Source: Anaerolineae bacterium (lineage in GTDB: Bacteria; Chloroflexota; Anaerolineae; UBA1429). From it: a DNA stretch of 64,000 nt. Below the pieces are notes generated by a model, which did no database searches, had not been told where the DNA came from, and saw only the letters and a program-made list of their open reading frames with translations. Shown piece by piece: positions 27,789-38,700 of this stretch (position 1 is the first letter of the stretch; each line of letters starts with the position of its first letter). The stretch is from assembly GCA_963675785.1 (NCBI GenBank), contig OY776562.1:1344001-1408000 (forward strand), written 5' to 3'. Made by a program: the position numbers and the translations under genes.

Positions 27789-29176
27789 ACGTACTGATAG
27801 TCGAACCTTCCTACCGATCCAAATACCCCCCTCTTGGCCTAATGAGAATCTCCGCGTGCCACAAGGCACGCGGAGATTGTGTTACCTTCATTCGAGGAAA
27901 GATGCCTGAGATGCGCGTGCCCCAGCGATGGCATCGCATTTATGTGGGGTCCCTTTTCACGTATGAATTGCCTCGTACAGTAGACACTGTCAACTACTAT
28001 GCAGATTGTGTGCCTTCTCCGGGTGATCTTTGGGTGGGTGGCATAGGGGCAACGCTGCTCCCAGAGTATGTAAAAGAACGCGTTCCAGATGGGGTCCATG
28101 TCTTTGAAGGTCCCCTTGATAGGTCCAACATGCTGGGTCTCGGAGAGCCTCCCGTTGCAGAGTGCATTCCCGACTATGCCATGATTGACTCTGTGGAGTA
28201 TGGCTATCGGCCCAGGGATTCGTACTTTATTCGCGTCTCCATCGGGTGCATTCGCAAGTGCCAATTCTGCGCTGTGCGTCTTCTCGAACCGACTTTTGGC
28301 TACCTGCAGAGTGTCCGAGACCAGCTCGATGCCATTGACTCTCAACACGGTGAGCGCCAAAACCTCGTCATCATGGATAACAACATCCTGGCCCTAGAAA
28401 ACCTCGATCTTGTAATCGCCGAAATTCGCGATGAGGGCTTTGCACGAGGTTCAAAGAGAGGCGGGAAGCTAAGGACCGTCGATTGCAACCAGGGCATTGA
28501 TGCCAGGCTCATCAATGAACATATAGCAGAACAACTGTACTCTATTGCGCTTAAGCCAGTCCGGTTGGCTTTCGATAATCTGTCCGTCGAAAAGGACTAC
28601 AGGCGCGCTGTCGCACTGATGGCCAACGCAGGCTTTAAGCAATTTACCACCTATACCATGTTCAACTACAAAGACGACCCGGCAAGCTTCTATCGCCGCC
28701 TCCAGATCGGCCACGAGCTTGGACAAGAGCATGGCGTCAAGATAACGAGCTTCCCGATGCGGTTCATTCCTATCGATGATGTGAACCGACACTATATCTC
28801 GCCGAACTGGAGCTATCGCTGGCTCCGAGGAATCCAGTGTATTCTCCAGGCAACACATGGCATCGTAAGTCCTAGCGTGCCGTTCTTTGAGCGGGCCTTC
28901 GGAGCAACTCTGGATGAATTCTTGGAGATAACGGCCATGCCTGACGACTATATCATCTACCGTGCCAAGAATGAGACGGAAGGTGCTGCCGAATGGCGTA
29001 GTCTCTATCGGAGACTCGCTCCCTCCGAGCGTCGAGCGTTCTTGTCTTGCCTGCAAGATCTCCATGCCAGCGGCGGGGCCAAACGTGCGACAGAGTATCC
29101 AGAGTTCCTGGATCTCCTCGTCCACTACTACCCGGAGATCAGAGAGGGCGTGACAATGCCTCTGCGCCCCGTCTAG
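27785..29176 (+). CDS. Radical SAM protein with an N-terminal B12-binding-like domain
   Basis: YPPLGL, VGGIGATL, GCIRKCQFC (CxxxCxxC), MDNN and NQGIDAR; ATGA overlap with the upstream gene. Confidence 0.85.
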   Translation: MNVLIVEPSYRSKYPPLGLMRISACHKARGDCVTFIRGKMPEMRVPQRWHRIYVGSLFTYELPRTVDTVNYYADCVPSPGDLWVGGIGATLLPEYVKERVPDGVHVFEGPLDRSNMLGLGEPPVAECIPDYAMIDSVEYGYRPRDSYFIRVSIGCIRKCQFCAVRLLEPTFGYLQSVRDQLDAIDSQHGERQNLVIMDNNILALENLDLVIAEIRDEGFARGSKRGGKLRTVDCNQGIDARLINEHIAEQLYSIALKPVRLAFDNLSVEKDYRRAVALMANAGFKQFTTYTMFNYKDDPASFYRRLQIGHELGQEHGVKITSFPMRFIPIDDVNRHYISPNWSYRWLRGIQCILQATHGIVSPSVPFFERAFGATLDEFLEITAMPDDYIIYRAKNETEGAAEWRSLYRRLAPSERRAFLSCLQDLHASGGAKRATEYPEFLDLLVHYYPEIREGVTMPLRPV

Positions 29177-29266
29177 CCCCATCCTCCGTCCCCAGCACTT
29201 GACACACCCCCTCTCTCCCTCGACAATCAACCTAACCTACTAATATCCCTAAGGAGACCCCCGATC

Positions 29267-30124
29267 ATGATGAAATCCCTCACCGATACTTACACCCTGC
29301 ATAACGGCACACAGATTCCTTGCGTGGGCTTTGGCACCTGGCGTACACCCGATGGCGACGTATGCATCCGTGCCGTCAAGGACGCCATCGCAGCCGGCTA
29401 CCGCCACATCGATACCGCCGCCGCCTATGGCAACGAAGAAAGCGTGGGCGCTGGCATCAAGCAAGCTGGTGTGCCCCGAGAAGAGCTGTTCATCACCACC
29501 AAACTCTGGAACGCACATCACGGCTACGAGGCCACCTGCGCCGCCTTTGAAGACAGCCTGAATCGGCTGGGCCTGGATTACCTTGACCTGTACCTCATCC
29601 ACTGGCCCAACCCAATCAAATTCCGCCACAACTGGCAAGAGACCAACGCCGGAAGCTGGAAGGCCTTTGAAGAGTTCTATGCCGCCGGTCGCATCCGTGC
29701 CATCGGCGTCAGCAATTTCATGCCGCGCCACCTGGATGAACTCATGAAAACCGCCACCATCGCGCCCATGGTCAACCAGATCTTTGTTTGCCCAGGATAC
29801 ACCGAGCCCGAAACCACCGCCTACTGCAAAAAGAACAACATCCTGATCGAGGCCTACAGCCCGCTGGGCTCCGGTGAGCTTCTCGCCAACCCCACGCTGC
29901 AGGCGCTGGCTCAAAAGTACGCCAAGAGCGCGGCGCAAGTCTGCCTGCGCTGGAGCCTGCAGATGGGCTTTTTGCCGCTGCCCAAGTCCGTCACCACCTC
30001 GCGCATCATCGAAAACACCGCCCTGTTCGATTTCGAGCTCTCTGCCGAGGACGTCGACACCCTGTCCAATCTCAAGACCGATTTCTACGGTGTCGCCAAG
30101 AACCCCGACACTGCCACCTGGTAG
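29267..30124 (+). CDS. Aldo/keto reductase (2,5-DKG reductase-like)
   Basis: GFGTW, IDTAAAYGNE, LYLIHWP, IGVSNF and LPKS; TTGACA-17-GACAAT promoter at about 29199-29227. Confidence 0.92.
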   Translation: MMKSLTDTYTLHNGTQIPCVGFGTWRTPDGDVCIRAVKDAIAAGYRHIDTAAAYGNEESVGAGIKQAGVPREELFITTKLWNAHHGYEATCAAFEDSLNRLGLDYLDLYLIHWPNPIKFRHNWQETNAGSWKAFEEFYAAGRIRAIGVSNFMPRHLDELMKTATIAPMVNQIFVCPGYTEPETTAYCKKNNILIEAYSPLGSGELLANPTLQALAQKYAKSAAQVCLRWSLQMGFLPLPKSVTTSRIIENTALFDFELSAEDVDTLSNLKTDFYGVAKNPDTATW

Positions 30125-30147
30125 CGGCTGTCAGGCCTCCGCACGCA

Positions 30148-30178
30148 CATCCCCCGCTCAAGGCGGGGGATGTTTTTT
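30148..30178 (+). terminator. Intrinsic terminator
   Basis: CATCCCCCGC-tcaag-GCGGGGGATG followed by T6. Confidence 0.8.
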
Positions 30179-30201
30179 ACCCAACTACTTTCTCCCCCCA
30201 T

Positions 30202-30230
30202 TTGACAGCCCCTCCCCATTCTCCTATAAT
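30202..30230 (+). promoter_or_regulatory. Consensus sigma70 promoter of the pyr operon
   Basis: TTGACA-17 nt-TATAAT exact match. Confidence 0.85.
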
Positions 30231-30355
30231 CTCGTCAGTTTGCCACAGGGCCGCCGCGCTACCCGGCCTCACATACAGCACCCAACGGCGAGTCCCTCGC
30301 GATGACGCGGAACCACAGGACTCGTCTTTTCTTACGCCAACTTGCAGGAGCCACC

Positions 30356-31432
30356 ATGCCCAGCATTCTCATCCCGGGCCTTATTGATGCCCATGTACAC
30401 CTGCGTCAGCCGGGCGCTCCCCACAAAGAGCGCATTGCCACCGGCACCGCGGCCGCCCTCGCCGGCGGCGTCGTTGGCGTTCTCGATATGCCCAACAACA
30501 CACCGCCCCTCCTCACCAGGATGGATTTTTTCCACAAAGTCGATCTTTTCAACGCCCAGGCCGTAAGTGATTACGGTCTTTTTTGTGGCTACCAGGCTGG
30601 GCGCGCTGAGGACGCCTGCGCCGTCGCTCCGCTGGCCATCGGCTGCAAACTCTATTTGGACGAAACCCACAATGCCGGGGGCGATCCTCTCTCCGACGAG
30701 GACCTCGACGCCTTGTTCGCTTCTTGGCCCGGACCCGGCCCCATCGCCATACACGCTTCTTCGGCCAGTATTCGCCGGGTGCTGCGCTTCGCCGAACGCT
30801 ACGACCAGCCCCTGCACGTTTGCCATGTGCCCCATCCCGACGACTTGCTGGTCATCGACGCTGCCCGTCAGGCTGGGGTAAACGTCACTTGCGAGGTAAC
30901 GCCCCATCACCTGCTCCTCACCACCGAGGACGCCGCGCGCCTGGGCCCCCTCGGCCAGATGAAGCCGCCCCTCTTGCCGCCTGAAATCGTCAAGCTCTAC
31001 TGGGAGCGGTTGGACCTGGTGGATATTATCGCCACCGACCACGCCCCCCACACCCTGGAAGAAAAGGCTGGTCCCAACCCGCCGCCAGGTGTGCCTGGGC
31101 TAGAGACCCTGCTGCCCCTCATGCTGCAGGCCGTCCGCGAGGATCGCCTCACCATGGAGCGCCTCATGCGCCTGCTGGTCTATGGGCCAGCCCGCGTCTA
31201 CCACCTCGATCCGCCCGATGCCGAGGTGCGCGTCTCGCTGGAAGAGTATACCCTGCCCGAATTCGGCTACCAGACCCTTTGTGGCTGGAGCCCCTTTGGC
31301 GGGAAAACCGCCTATGGCCGCGTCGAGTCCGTTACCCTGCGCGGCAAGATTGCCTATGAGAACGGCCAGGTGTTTGCCGAGCCAGGCTCGGGCAGGCTCC
31401 TGAGCTGTATTGAACCCGCCGGCCTCGTTTGA
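30356..31432 (+). CDS. pyrC: Dihydroorotase
   Basis: [26 protein letters not shown] and PGLET motifs; AGGAG RBS. Confidence 0.92.
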   Translation: MPSILIPGLIDAHVHLRQPGAPHKERIATGTAAALAGGVVGVLDMPNNTPPLLTRMDFFHKVDLFNAQAVSDYGLFCGYQAGRAEDACAVAPLAIGCKLYLDETHNAGGDPLSDEDLDALFASWPGPGPIAIHASSASIRRVLRFAERYDQPLHVCHVPHPDDLLVIDAARQAGVNVTCEVTPHHLLLTTEDAARLGPLGQMKPPLLPPEIVKLYWERLDLVDIIATDHAPHTLEEKAGPNPPPGVPGLETLLPLMLQAVREDRLTMERLMRLLVYGPARVYHLDPPDAEVRVSLEEYTLPEFGYQTLCGWSPFGGKTAYGRVESVTLRGKIAYENGQVFAEPGSGRLLSCIEPAGLV

Positions 31433-31475
31433 GGACCGGCGTATTTTTTGCCATGCGTTCATCACTAGAGGAGGT

Positions 31476-32462
31476 ATGCCTGTGGAACCGCCAAGGAATG
31501 GTCTGAAAACTGTGGGCCTCTCGCCCGACCGCGACAACAGCTTTTATGGTCGAGACATCGTATCCGTCAGTCAATTCTCACCGGCCGATCTCACCTACAT
31601 CATCGGCGTCGCCGATGAAATGCGCTCGCTGGTTCGCCGTGTGGGCGCCACCGACCTGCTCAAGGGCCACATTCTGGCCAACCTGTTCTACGAACCCTCC
31701 ACCCGCACCTCGTCCTCCTTTATTGCCGCCATGGAGCGGCTGGGTGGCTCGGTGATCCCCATTCACGGCGTGCAGTACTCTTCGGTCAGCAAGGGTGAAT
31801 CCCTGCCCGATACCATCCGCACCCTCGAATGCTATGCCGATGTCATTGTGCTGCGCCACCCCGAGATAGGTGCTTCCGAAGTGGCCGCCAAGTATGCAAA
31901 CAAGCCGGTCATCTCCGCTGGCGACGGCGTGGGTGAACACCCCACCCAGGGCCTGCTCGATCTCTACACCATCCATGCCGAGCTCGGCACATTGGACGGC
32001 CTGCATGTGGCCATGGTCGGCGACCTCAAGAACGGTCGAACCGTCCATTCGCTCACGCGCCTCCTTTCGATGTATGATACGCGCATCACCTTTGTCTCGC
32101 CGCCCAGCCTGCGCGCCCCCGAGGGCCTCAAGCAAGAGCTGGACCAGGCCGGCATCGCCTACAGCGAAACCGAAGCCGTCGAGAACGTCATCGACGACGT
32201 GGACGTGCTCTATGTCACCCGCGTGCAAAAAGAGCGCTTTGCCGATCTCGACCTGTACGAGCGAGTCAAGGATTATTACCGCATCACGCCCGAACTGATG
32301 CAGCGCGCCAAGGAACACATGGCCCTGATGCACCCGCTGCCCCGTGTGGGCGAGATACCCTACGAGGTCGATGCCGACCCGCGAGCCGCTTATTTCCGCC
32401 AGGTCGAGAACGGCATGTACGTGCGCATGGCCCTGTTGGCCGCCGTCCTCGGCAAAGCCTAA
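31476..32462 (+). CDS. pyrB: Aspartate carbamoyltransferase catalytic subunit
   Basis: [23 protein letters not shown] and HPLPR motifs. Confidence 0.95.
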   Translation: MPVEPPRNGLKTVGLSPDRDNSFYGRDIVSVSQFSPADLTYIIGVADEMRSLVRRVGATDLLKGHILANLFYEPSTRTSSSFIAAMERLGGSVIPIHGVQYSSVSKGESLPDTIRTLECYADVIVLRHPEIGASEVAAKYANKPVISAGDGVGEHPTQGLLDLYTIHAELGTLDGLHVAMVGDLKNGRTVHSLTRLLSMYDTRITFVSPPSLRAPEGLKQELDQAGIAYSETEAVENVIDDVDVLYVTRVQKERFADLDLYERVKDYYRITPELMQRAKEHMALMHPLPRVGEIPYEVDADPRAAYFRQVENGMYVRMALLAAVLGKA

Positions 32463-32474
32463 GGTGATACGCTC

Positions 32475-33887
32475 ATGATATCCTTTTGGGAAAAGCTAGA
32501 GTTCTCTGCCGCCAAACGTAACAGCCTGCTCTGCGTGGGTCTCGATCCGCGCCCCGGTCAGGTGCCCGCTCGCTATGCCGATGTGGCCGAATTCATGCTG
32601 GATATCATCGATAAAACCAGCGACCTGGCCGCCTGCTACAAACCCAACATCGCCTTTTTTGAGGCTATGGGCCCCCAGGGCATGGAGGTGCTGAAGCGCA
32701 TCATTACGGCCCTGCCGCCCGATACGCCCCTGCTGCTGGACTGCAAGCGCGCCGACATCGCCTCTACCGGCGAAGCCTACGCCGTGGCCGCTTATGACGT
32801 GCTGAACGTCGATGCGGTGACCGTGAACCCTTATCTGGGTGCCGATGGTGTGCGCCCGTTCTTGCGCCCCGATCGCGGCGTCTTTGTGCTCTGCCGCACT
32901 TCCAACCCTTCCGCACCCGAACTGCAAAACTGGACCGCCAACGGTCAACCGCTCTACGAGCACGTGGCCGATCTGGCCGCCGAATGGGGCACCGCTTCCG
33001 GTGTCGAGGTGGGACTGGTCATCGGCGCCACTTATCCCGAAGAGCTGACTCGCATCCGCCGACGCCACGCCCAGCCCTGGTTCCTGGTGCCCGGCGTGGG
33101 TGCCCAAGGCGGCGACCTGCAAGCCGTATTGTCCGCTGGCCTGCGTGAGGATGGCCTTGGTCTGCTCATCAACTCTTCGCGGGGCATCATCTATGCCGAC
33201 GATCCCCGCGCTGCCGCCCAGACCCTGCGCGATCAGATCAACACCGAGCGTGCCGCCTACAAACCGGCTGCTGTACCCTGCCCCGTATCCATCGAGGAGC
33301 GCGAGCTAGCGCGCACCCTCTTTCAAGCGGGCTGCGTGCGCTTTGGCGATTTCACCCTGCACTCTGGCGCCCATTCGCCCGTCTATATCGACCTGCGCGT
33401 GCTGGTGAGTCATCCGGCGGCCCTGGCCGAGGCGGCCAGCGCTTATGCCCGTCTGCTTCGGCCTCTCAGCTATCAGCGGGTGGCCGGGCTGCCCTATGCC
33501 GCCTTGCCCATCGCCACCGCCGTCTGCCTGCAAACCGGCGATCCGCTCATCTATCCTCGCCGCGAGGTCAAGCAGTACGGCACCAAGCGCCAAATCGAGG
33601 GCGAGTTTAACGACGGCGAGACCGCCGTGGTGCTCGATGACCTCATCACCTCTGGCGGAAGCGTGCTCGAGGCCGCCGAACCGCTGCAAGGCGCCGGATT
33701 GCGCATCAGCGACGTGGTGGTGCTCATCGACCGCGAACAGGGCGGCGTAGCCAACTTGGCCGAACGGGGTTATACCGTCCATGCCGTCACCACCCTGACC
33801 CGCATCGTCGCGGCCTTGGAGTATGACCAGCTCATCTCGTCCGAACAGGCCGCTCGCGTTAGAGACTACCTGGAGGCCCGCCCCTGA
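32475..33887 (+). CDS. pyrF: Bifunctional OMP decarboxylase / orotate phosphoribosyltransferase (PyrF-PyrE fusion)
   Basis: LCVGLDP, DCKRADI and PGVGAQGG, followed by [13 protein letters not shown] and the PRPP motif [10 protein letters not shown]. Confidence 0.92.
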   Translation: MISFWEKLEFSAAKRNSLLCVGLDPRPGQVPARYADVAEFMLDIIDKTSDLAACYKPNIAFFEAMGPQGMEVLKRIITALPPDTPLLLDCKRADIASTGEAYAVAAYDVLNVDAVTVNPYLGADGVRPFLRPDRGVFVLCRTSNPSAPELQNWTANGQPLYEHVADLAAEWGTASGVEVGLVIGATYPEELTRIRRRHAQPWFLVPGVGAQGGDLQAVLSAGLREDGLGLLINSSRGIIYADDPRAAAQTLRDQINTERAAYKPAAVPCPVSIEERELARTLFQAGCVRFGDFTLHSGAHSPVYIDLRVLVSHPAALAEAASAYARLLRPLSYQRVAGLPYAALPIATAVCLQTGDPLIYPRREVKQYGTKRQIEGEFNDGETAVVLDDLITSGGSVLEAAEPLQGAGLRISDVVVLIDREQGGVANLAERGYTVHAVTTLTRIVAALEYDQLISSEQAARVRDYLEARP

Positions 33888-34843
33888 TGGATTCCCTCTC
33901 CGACATCGGCCACATTTACCACCCTGGCTTGTCCATTGACCTGGCTGGCGTGCACCTGACGAACCCCTTGGTGTTGGCTAGCGGCGTATGGGGCTGCGCC
34001 GCCGAAACCCTGGTGCGCATTGGGCGCCACGGCGCCGGTGCCGTCACCACCAAATCCTGCAGCCTGCAGCCGCGCACAGGGCATCCCAATCCCTCGGTAG
34101 TGCCCTGGGAGGGCGGTTTGATTAACGCTGTCGGTTTGGCCAACCCGGGAGCCGAACAAGAAGCGATCGAGATAGCTGACGCCCGCGAGGGGCTGGCCGC
34201 TTTGGGCGTGCCCCTCATTGCCAGCGTGTTTGGCGGCCGTCACCAAGAATACGCCCGCACCGCCGAGATTGTGGCCCGTGCCCACCCTGAGCTCATCGAG
34301 CTCAACATTAGCTGCCCCAACGTGGCCGACGAGTTCGGCCAGGCTTTCGCCTTCGACCCCCTCGCTGCCAGCGAGGTTACCGCTGCCGTCCGCGAGGTCT
34401 ATGCCGGGCCTCTGCTGGTCAAGCTGTCGCCCTCGGCACCCAACATCGTGCGCGTAGCCCAGGCCGTAGTGGCCGCCGGCGCCGACGGCCTCAATATAGG
34501 CAATACCCTGGGGCCGGGCATGTTGATCGACATCTACGCCCGTCGCCCCGTGCTCTCTAACAAAGTGGGCGGCATTTCCGGGCAGGCCATTCGCCCCATC
34601 GCCGTACGCTGTGTTTGGCAGGTTAGCCAGGCCGTGGATGTACCCATCATTGGCACAGGCGGCGTGTGCACCGGAGAAGACGCCCTAGAGATGGTCATGG
34701 CCGGAGCCACCGCCGTGGGCATCGGCAGCGTGCTGCAAGAAGGCCCGATCGCCGTAGAGCGCATCCTGGCCGAGATGACCGACCTGATGCGCCAGGAGAA
34801 CATCACCACCTTGGAGGAGATTCGGGGGTGTGCCCATGAGTAG
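33887..34843 (+). CDS. pyrD: Dihydroorotate dehydrogenase (family 1B)
   Basis: VTTKS, NAVGLAN, ELNISCPN, KLSP and GGISG motifs. Confidence 0.93.
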   Translation: MDSLSDIGHIYHPGLSIDLAGVHLTNPLVLASGVWGCAAETLVRIGRHGAGAVTTKSCSLQPRTGHPNPSVVPWEGGLINAVGLANPGAEQEAIEIADAREGLAALGVPLIASVFGGRHQEYARTAEIVARAHPELIELNISCPNVADEFGQAFAFDPLAASEVTAAVREVYAGPLLVKLSPSAPNIVRVAQAVVAAGADGLNIGNTLGPGMLIDIYARRPVLSNKVGGISGQAIRPIAVRCVWQVSQAVDVPIIGTGGVCTGEDALEMVMAGATAVGIGSVLQEGPIAVERILAEMTDLMRQENITTLEEIRGCAHE

Positions 34844-35570
34844 CTACTATGCCATGCGCATTCGGCGACGCATAGCCGAGCACAAGGCTGGCGTTACCCT
34901 AGTGTTCGATGGCGAACTGCCCGCCGAGCCAGGCCAGTTCGTGCTCGCCTGGCTGCCGGGGGTCGAAGAACGCCCCCTGGCCGTGGTCAGCAGCGCCCCC
35001 TTTGCCCTCACCATCGCCGCCGTTGGGCCCTTTACCGAGGCCGTTTGCGCCCTGCAGCCCGGCCAGCGACTCTGGATTCGCGGTCCCTATGGACACGGCT
35101 TTGAGCCCGAGGGCACCCGCCATCTGTTGGTGGGCGGAGGCTGCGGCACCGCTTCTCTTACTCTGTTGGCCGCCCGTCTGCTGCGTCAGGGCGACCGCGT
35201 GATCGCCGCCATCGGTGCTCGCAGCGCCAGCCAGCTCATGCTCGATGTCGCCTTTTCGCACATGGATGTGGACCTGCTGGTAGCCACCGACGATGGCAGC
35301 GCCGGCTCCAAAGGCACCGTCCTCGATGCCGCCGGCCCCCTCATCGACGCTTGCTGGCCTCACGCCGTATATGCTTGCGGCCCAGAACGCATGTTACAGG
35401 CCGTGGCACTCCGCTGCCGAGAGGCGGGCGTAGCCTGTCAGCTCAGCTTGGAGCGCACCATGCGCTGCGGCATTGGGGTTTGCGGACAATGCAACTGCGG
35501 CGGTAAGCTCGTCTGCGCCGACGGCCCCGTCTTTGACGGCTTGACCTATCTGGAATCGCTGCTGGATTAG
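34836..35570 (+). CDS. pyrK: Dihydroorotate dehydrogenase electron transfer subunit
   Basis: PGQF, RGPYGHGF, GGGCG, CGPERM and CGIGVCGQC...C.DGPVF. Confidence 0.92.
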   Translation: MSSYYAMRIRRRIAEHKAGVTLVFDGELPAEPGQFVLAWLPGVEERPLAVVSSAPFALTIAAVGPFTEAVCALQPGQRLWIRGPYGHGFEPEGTRHLLVGGGCGTASLTLLAARLLRQGDRVIAAIGARSASQLMLDVAFSHMDVDLLVATDDGSAGSKGTVLDAAGPLIDACWPHAVYACGPERMLQAVALRCREAGVACQLSLERTMRCGIGVCGQCNCGGKLVCADGPVFDGLTYLESLLD

Positions 35571-35582
35571 GTGTGGATGCGC

Positions 35583-35620
35583 AAGAGCCGCGAGGGAGTA
35601 CCGTACCCTCGCGGCTCTTT
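35583..35620 (+). terminator. Terminator of the pyr operon
   Basis: AAGAGCCGCGAGGG...CCCTCGCGGCTCTTT. Confidence 0.75.
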
Positions 35621-35718
35621 GTATAGTCCGTCAATCTCCCTCGCGTTACCCCTTGCCACAACCGCCCTCACTGAGGCATAATATACTGGTAACTACAAAA
35701 CACCCTGAGGAGCAGCCC

Positions 35719-38700
35719 TTGACCGCCCTATCCGATTACTGCCAGTCCATCAATGCCGCACTTGTCACCGGCGATGCCACCGAGCACACCCATCGGTCTG
35801 CCTTACAAGACCTGGTGAAAAACCTTGCTCCTGGCCTGACCGTGCTCAACGAGCCGCGCCATATCGCCTGTGGTGCGCCTGACTTGGTAGTCCGTCGAGG
35901 AAACACCCCTGTCGGCTATATCGAGACCAAAGACATCGGCCAAGACCTGTCCCGTACCGAGCGCTCAGAACAGCTCAAACGCTATCGTGAAGCCCTGCAC
36001 AACCTCATCCTTACGGATTATGTCGAGTTTCGCCTCTATCGCGGCGGAGAGCTGGCCGCCAGCGCCAGTCTGGGCTCTCTCGACAGCGGCAATCGCCTGC
36101 ATCGCACCCGTGACGGTGAATCCGCAGTAATGGCGCTCTTTCAACAGTTCTTGGCTGCCAAAGCGCCAACCCTGGGCAACGCCAAAGAACTCGCCGAGCA
36201 CATGGCCGCCCTCACCCGCTTGCTTTGCGCTACCATCCTCAAGGCCTATGAGGACGAGGAACACGATCCGAACATTGAGCAGCATTTCCATCATGAGATG
36301 GCCATCTTTCGGCGCGTGCTCATCCACGATCTCAAACCAGAGACCTTTGCCGATATGTATGCCCAAACCATCAGCTACGGCCTGTTCGCCGCCCGCTGTG
36401 CCCACCATGCCGGCACACCCTTTGATCGTCAGAGCGCCATCTTTGACCTGCCCGGCACCAATCCGCTCTTGCGCTCTCTGTTCGGCCGCATGGCTGGCCC
36501 CGAGATCGACCCGCGCATCGAGTGGGCCGTGAACGACCTGGCCGCTTTGCTCGACCGCGCTCGTATGGCCGAGATCCTGCGCGATTTTGGCCAGCGCAGC
36601 CAGCGTGAAGACCCTGTTGTTCATTTCTACGAGACCTTTTTGGCCGCTTATAATCCCAAGCTGCGCGAACAACGCGGTGTCTATTACACGCCCGAGCCCG
36701 TGGTGGGCTATATCGTCCGCTCGGTGCACGCCTTGCTCAAGGGTGAATTCGGCCTGCCCATGGGCCTGGCCGATACGGACACCACCACCTATGCCAACAC
36801 CAACCCCACCGTGCAAACGGCCGCCGGCAAGCCGCGCAAGCGTGTCGAGAGCCCCCGCGTGCTGGTGTTGGACCCCGCCTGTGGCACGGGCACCTTTTTG
36901 CATGCCGTGGTGGACGAGATTCAGGACGAACTGCGCTCCCAGGGCTTGGCTGGTGCCTGGCCCGCTTATGTGGCCGACCATCTGCTGCCCCGCCTCTTTG
37001 GTTTTGAGCTGCTCATGGCCCCCTACACTGTGGCTCACCTCAAGCTGGGCTTACAACTGGCCGAGAGCGGTTATGATGTGCAAGATGCCCATAGCCGTCT
37101 CAACGTCTATCTGACCAACACCCTGGAGCAGCCCGGCGATATGGAGGTATTGCCCCTCTACGGCCAGGCCCTGGCTGCTGAGAGCCGTGAGGCCGCCGGC
37201 GTCAAGAGCGACCTGCCCATTATGGTGGTGCTGGGCAACCCGCCTTATTCCGGCAACTCGGCTAACGCCAGCTATCGCGAGGTAGACGGCAAACGCCAGT
37301 TCACCCCCATCGGCAAACTGGTACATGACTATTATTACGTCGATGGCCACCCTCTGGGCGAGCGCAACCCTAAATATCTCCAGGATGACTACGTCAAATT
37401 CATCCGCTGGGCCGAGGATCGCGTTGAACGCACGGGGGCGGGTGTGGTGGCCTATATCACCAACCACGGCTACTTGGATAACCCCACCTTTCGCGGTATG
37501 CGCCAGCACCTGATGAGCACCTTTGACGAGCTCTACCTGTTGGACCTGCACGGTAGTAGCAAGCGCCAGGAAAAAGCGCCCGATGGTGGTGTCGATGAGA
37601 ACGTCTTTGATATCATGCCGGGCGTGACTATCGCCCTGATGGTGCGCCGCTCCGGCCCTCACAGTGTAGCCTGTGCCGTTTATCACGCCGATCTCTACGG
37701 CCAGCGCCAGGACAAGTACGCCTGGCTCAATGCCCACGATAAAAACGATACCCCCTGGGAACGACTCATGCCCCAAAGTCCTTTTTATCGCTTTGTGTCA
37801 GTAGGGCACTCAGCGAGTGAGTACGAAGCTCTGCCCTCGACCACAGAACTCTTCGGCGTCTCTGTGAATGGTTTCAAGACCCATCGCGACGATTTCGCCA
37901 TTGCCTTCCAACGAAGTGATATCGAGGGGCGTATCCGCGATCTGCGCGATGAGCGCCTCAGCGATGAGGCCCTACGCACTCGCTACAAACTGGGCACGCG
38001 TTATGATTTGCGTTCCGCTCGCAAAGCTATCGAAGCAAATCCTGTCTGGGAGCGGGCCGTCATGTGCTGTGCTTATCGGCCTTTCGATGAACGCTGGTGC
38101 TATTACTCTTCGACCGTGATGGATCGCCCCCGCCGCGAGTTGTTCGATCATGTGGTCGGACAGCGGAATTTCTGCCTTTCGATCTCACGACAGCAGGCTA
38201 CTGTAGGTTTTTGCCATGCTATCATATCAGTTGCACCGCCCAATGATTGTCTTATCTCGAATGTCTCCCGTGAAGCCGGCCATGCCTTTCCCCTCTACCT
38301 CTACCCGCAATCGGACATGCTTCCCGGTTTAGAGCAGCCGACCGCGGCCCCTGGCGGGCGGCGCCCCAACCTGGATGAAAAGCTCATCGCCCGCCTCTCT
38401 CGCGGCCTGGGTCTATCCTTTGTACCCGATGGCCACGGCGACTTGCAGGCCACCTACGGTCCCGAGGATATGCTGCACTACATCTATGCCCTGCTCTATG
38501 CCCCTGGCTACCGTGCCCGCTATGCCGATCAGCTCAAGATCGACTTTCCGCGCATTCCCTTTACCGCCAACGTCGCTCTCTTCCGCACCTTGTGTGGCTT
38601 TGGGGATGAACTCTGCGCTTTGCACCTGCTGGATTCACCCGCCCTGGATACGCTGCGCACTCGCTATCCCTCTAGCGACGGCGACAACTTGGTAGACAAG

